55,124 bases of DNA, taken from positions 1-55,124 of the IMG/VR virus record IMGVR_UViG_3300031470_000001; one strand, given 5' to 3'. The notes below the pieces were generated by a model. That model saw only the letters and a list, made by a program, of their open reading frames with translations. It was not told the origin of the DNA and did no database searches. This stretch comes from a virus. Its lineage: Duplodnaviria > Caudoviricetes. The position numbers and the translations under genes were made by a program. This document shows, piece by piece, positions 54,255 through 55,124 of this stretch (position 1 is its first letter; each line of letters opens with the position of its first letter).

Positions 54255-54965
54255 ATGGATATGCACGCTGTGCTTGCGCGGATCGAAACGCGGTTGAAGG
54301 ACTTAGCCCTGAGCGCGGACCGCGTTTCCAGAATGGCAGGGAAGCCCGACGCCATCCGAAACTTTCGGCGGGCCGTAAAGGCCGGAGATCGACAAGGCAT
54401 ATCGACTTCGACCTTGAGCGCGCTCGCGCCGGTCCTGGAGGTCTCACCATCTTGGTTGTTCACAGGAGACGGTGAACCCACGCCTTCCCGATCCACCATC
54501 CCCATCATGGGCCGCATTGGCGCCGGAGCTGAGATCGACGCGGGTGTGGAACAGGTGCCGCCCGAGGGGTATTACGACGCCGAGGCCGTGATCCCATTGC
54601 CGCCCTACGCCATCGGCTTCGAGGTGGTCGGCGATTCCATGGTGCCGCGCTACGGCCCTGGCGACGTGGTGGTCTGCCCTCGGGATGGCACGCCGTTCGA
54701 GCGCATTCCAGATGGCGAGGAGGCCGCGGTGCTCACCGCGGACGGCCGGCGCTTCCTCAAGTTCGCCCTGCGGACCGCAGTGCCGAACGTCTACAATCTG
54801 ATCAGCGTTAACGCCACGACATCGCCGATCCTCGGCGTCGAACTCACGTGGGCTGCGGACGTGCTCACCGTGGTGCGGGCGCGGCAGTGGAGTCGCGTGA
54901 CGCATGATGAGAGGCGCCGGCTCGGCGCCAAGGTCGCGGCGAAGCGGGGTGGCTCAACGTCATGA
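54255..54965 (+). CDS. cI: CI-like repressor (HTH + S24 peptidase)
   Basis: N-terminal HTH, GRIGAG cleavage site, VGDSM.PRY..GD, FLK catalytic Lys. Confidence 0.92.
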   Translation: MDMHAVLARIETRLKDLALSADRVSRMAGKPDAIRNFRRAVKAGDRQGISTSTLSALAPVLEVSPSWLFTGDGEPTPSRSTIPIMGRIGAGAEIDAGVEQVPPEGYYDAEAVIPLPPYAIGFEVVGDSMVPRYGPGDVVVCPRDGTPFERIPDGEEAAVLTADGRRFLKFALRTAVPNVYNLISVNATTSPILGVELTWAADVLTVVRARQWSRVTHDERRRLGAKVAAKRGGSTS

Positions 54966-54999
54966 CGACGGTGCGGCAGCGGTGAGGGGCAATCTCGCT

Positions 55000-55124
55000 T
55001 AGAGCCGTTGCCCTTCGGGCTGAGTCGGCCGGGGTAGCGCCTAGGCCCGTGCTGTGATTCCATGGTCGCCGGATCACGGAGGAGCAGCATGGCCCGAGCC
55101 CTGTCGCTGGACCTGCGCGAGCGG
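55000..55124 (+). mobile_element. IS630-family insertion sequence, left end (truncated by window)
   Basis: TA then GAGCCGTT IR-like end; GGAGGAG RBS; ATG at 55089 gives MARALSLDLRER. Confidence 0.8.

Larger units (their letters stand above)
410..54965 (-). mobile_element. Temperate prophage with contractile (myovirus-type) tail; boundaries and att sites not resolved in window
   Basis: Ordered modules for immunity, replication, packaging, head, sheath/tube, baseplate and lysis, nearly all co-oriented on the minus strand. Confidence 0.97.

Overview
The window is almost entirely one temperate prophage of a high-GC alphaproteobacterium (host assignment is inferred from protein styles and an IS630 end). 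It is encoded mostly on the minus strand and reads right to left. In order: IS630 left end; cI/cro switch with three 14-bp operators; early operon (tiny membrane ORFs, CII-like HTH, N6-adenine MTase, VRR-NUC, Cas4-like exonuclease, probable SSB, primase-SF3 helicase, putative ori); HNH moron; NusG-like antiterminator; degenerate tRNA-Thr; terminases; portal, scaffold and P22-type coat; neck; contractile tail with a -1 frameshifted chaperone; tape measure with lysozyme; baseplate; fibres; GH108 endolysin and holin. No integrase or att site is visible. The most unusual elements are (1) a four-gene block in the baseplate module carrying a signal-less GH5 glucanase and a nucleoside-hydrolase-fold/LamG fusion, (2) two separate RHH + orphan ParB-fold cassettes, (3) a tailspike-like protein with a signal peptide, (4) shared GGAUG-loop hairpins before the scaffold and capsid genes, (5) a 34-aa histone-H1-like ORF missed by the ORF track and (6) apparently leaderless cI and cro. 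All family calls come from motif recognition by eye; no database searches were run.
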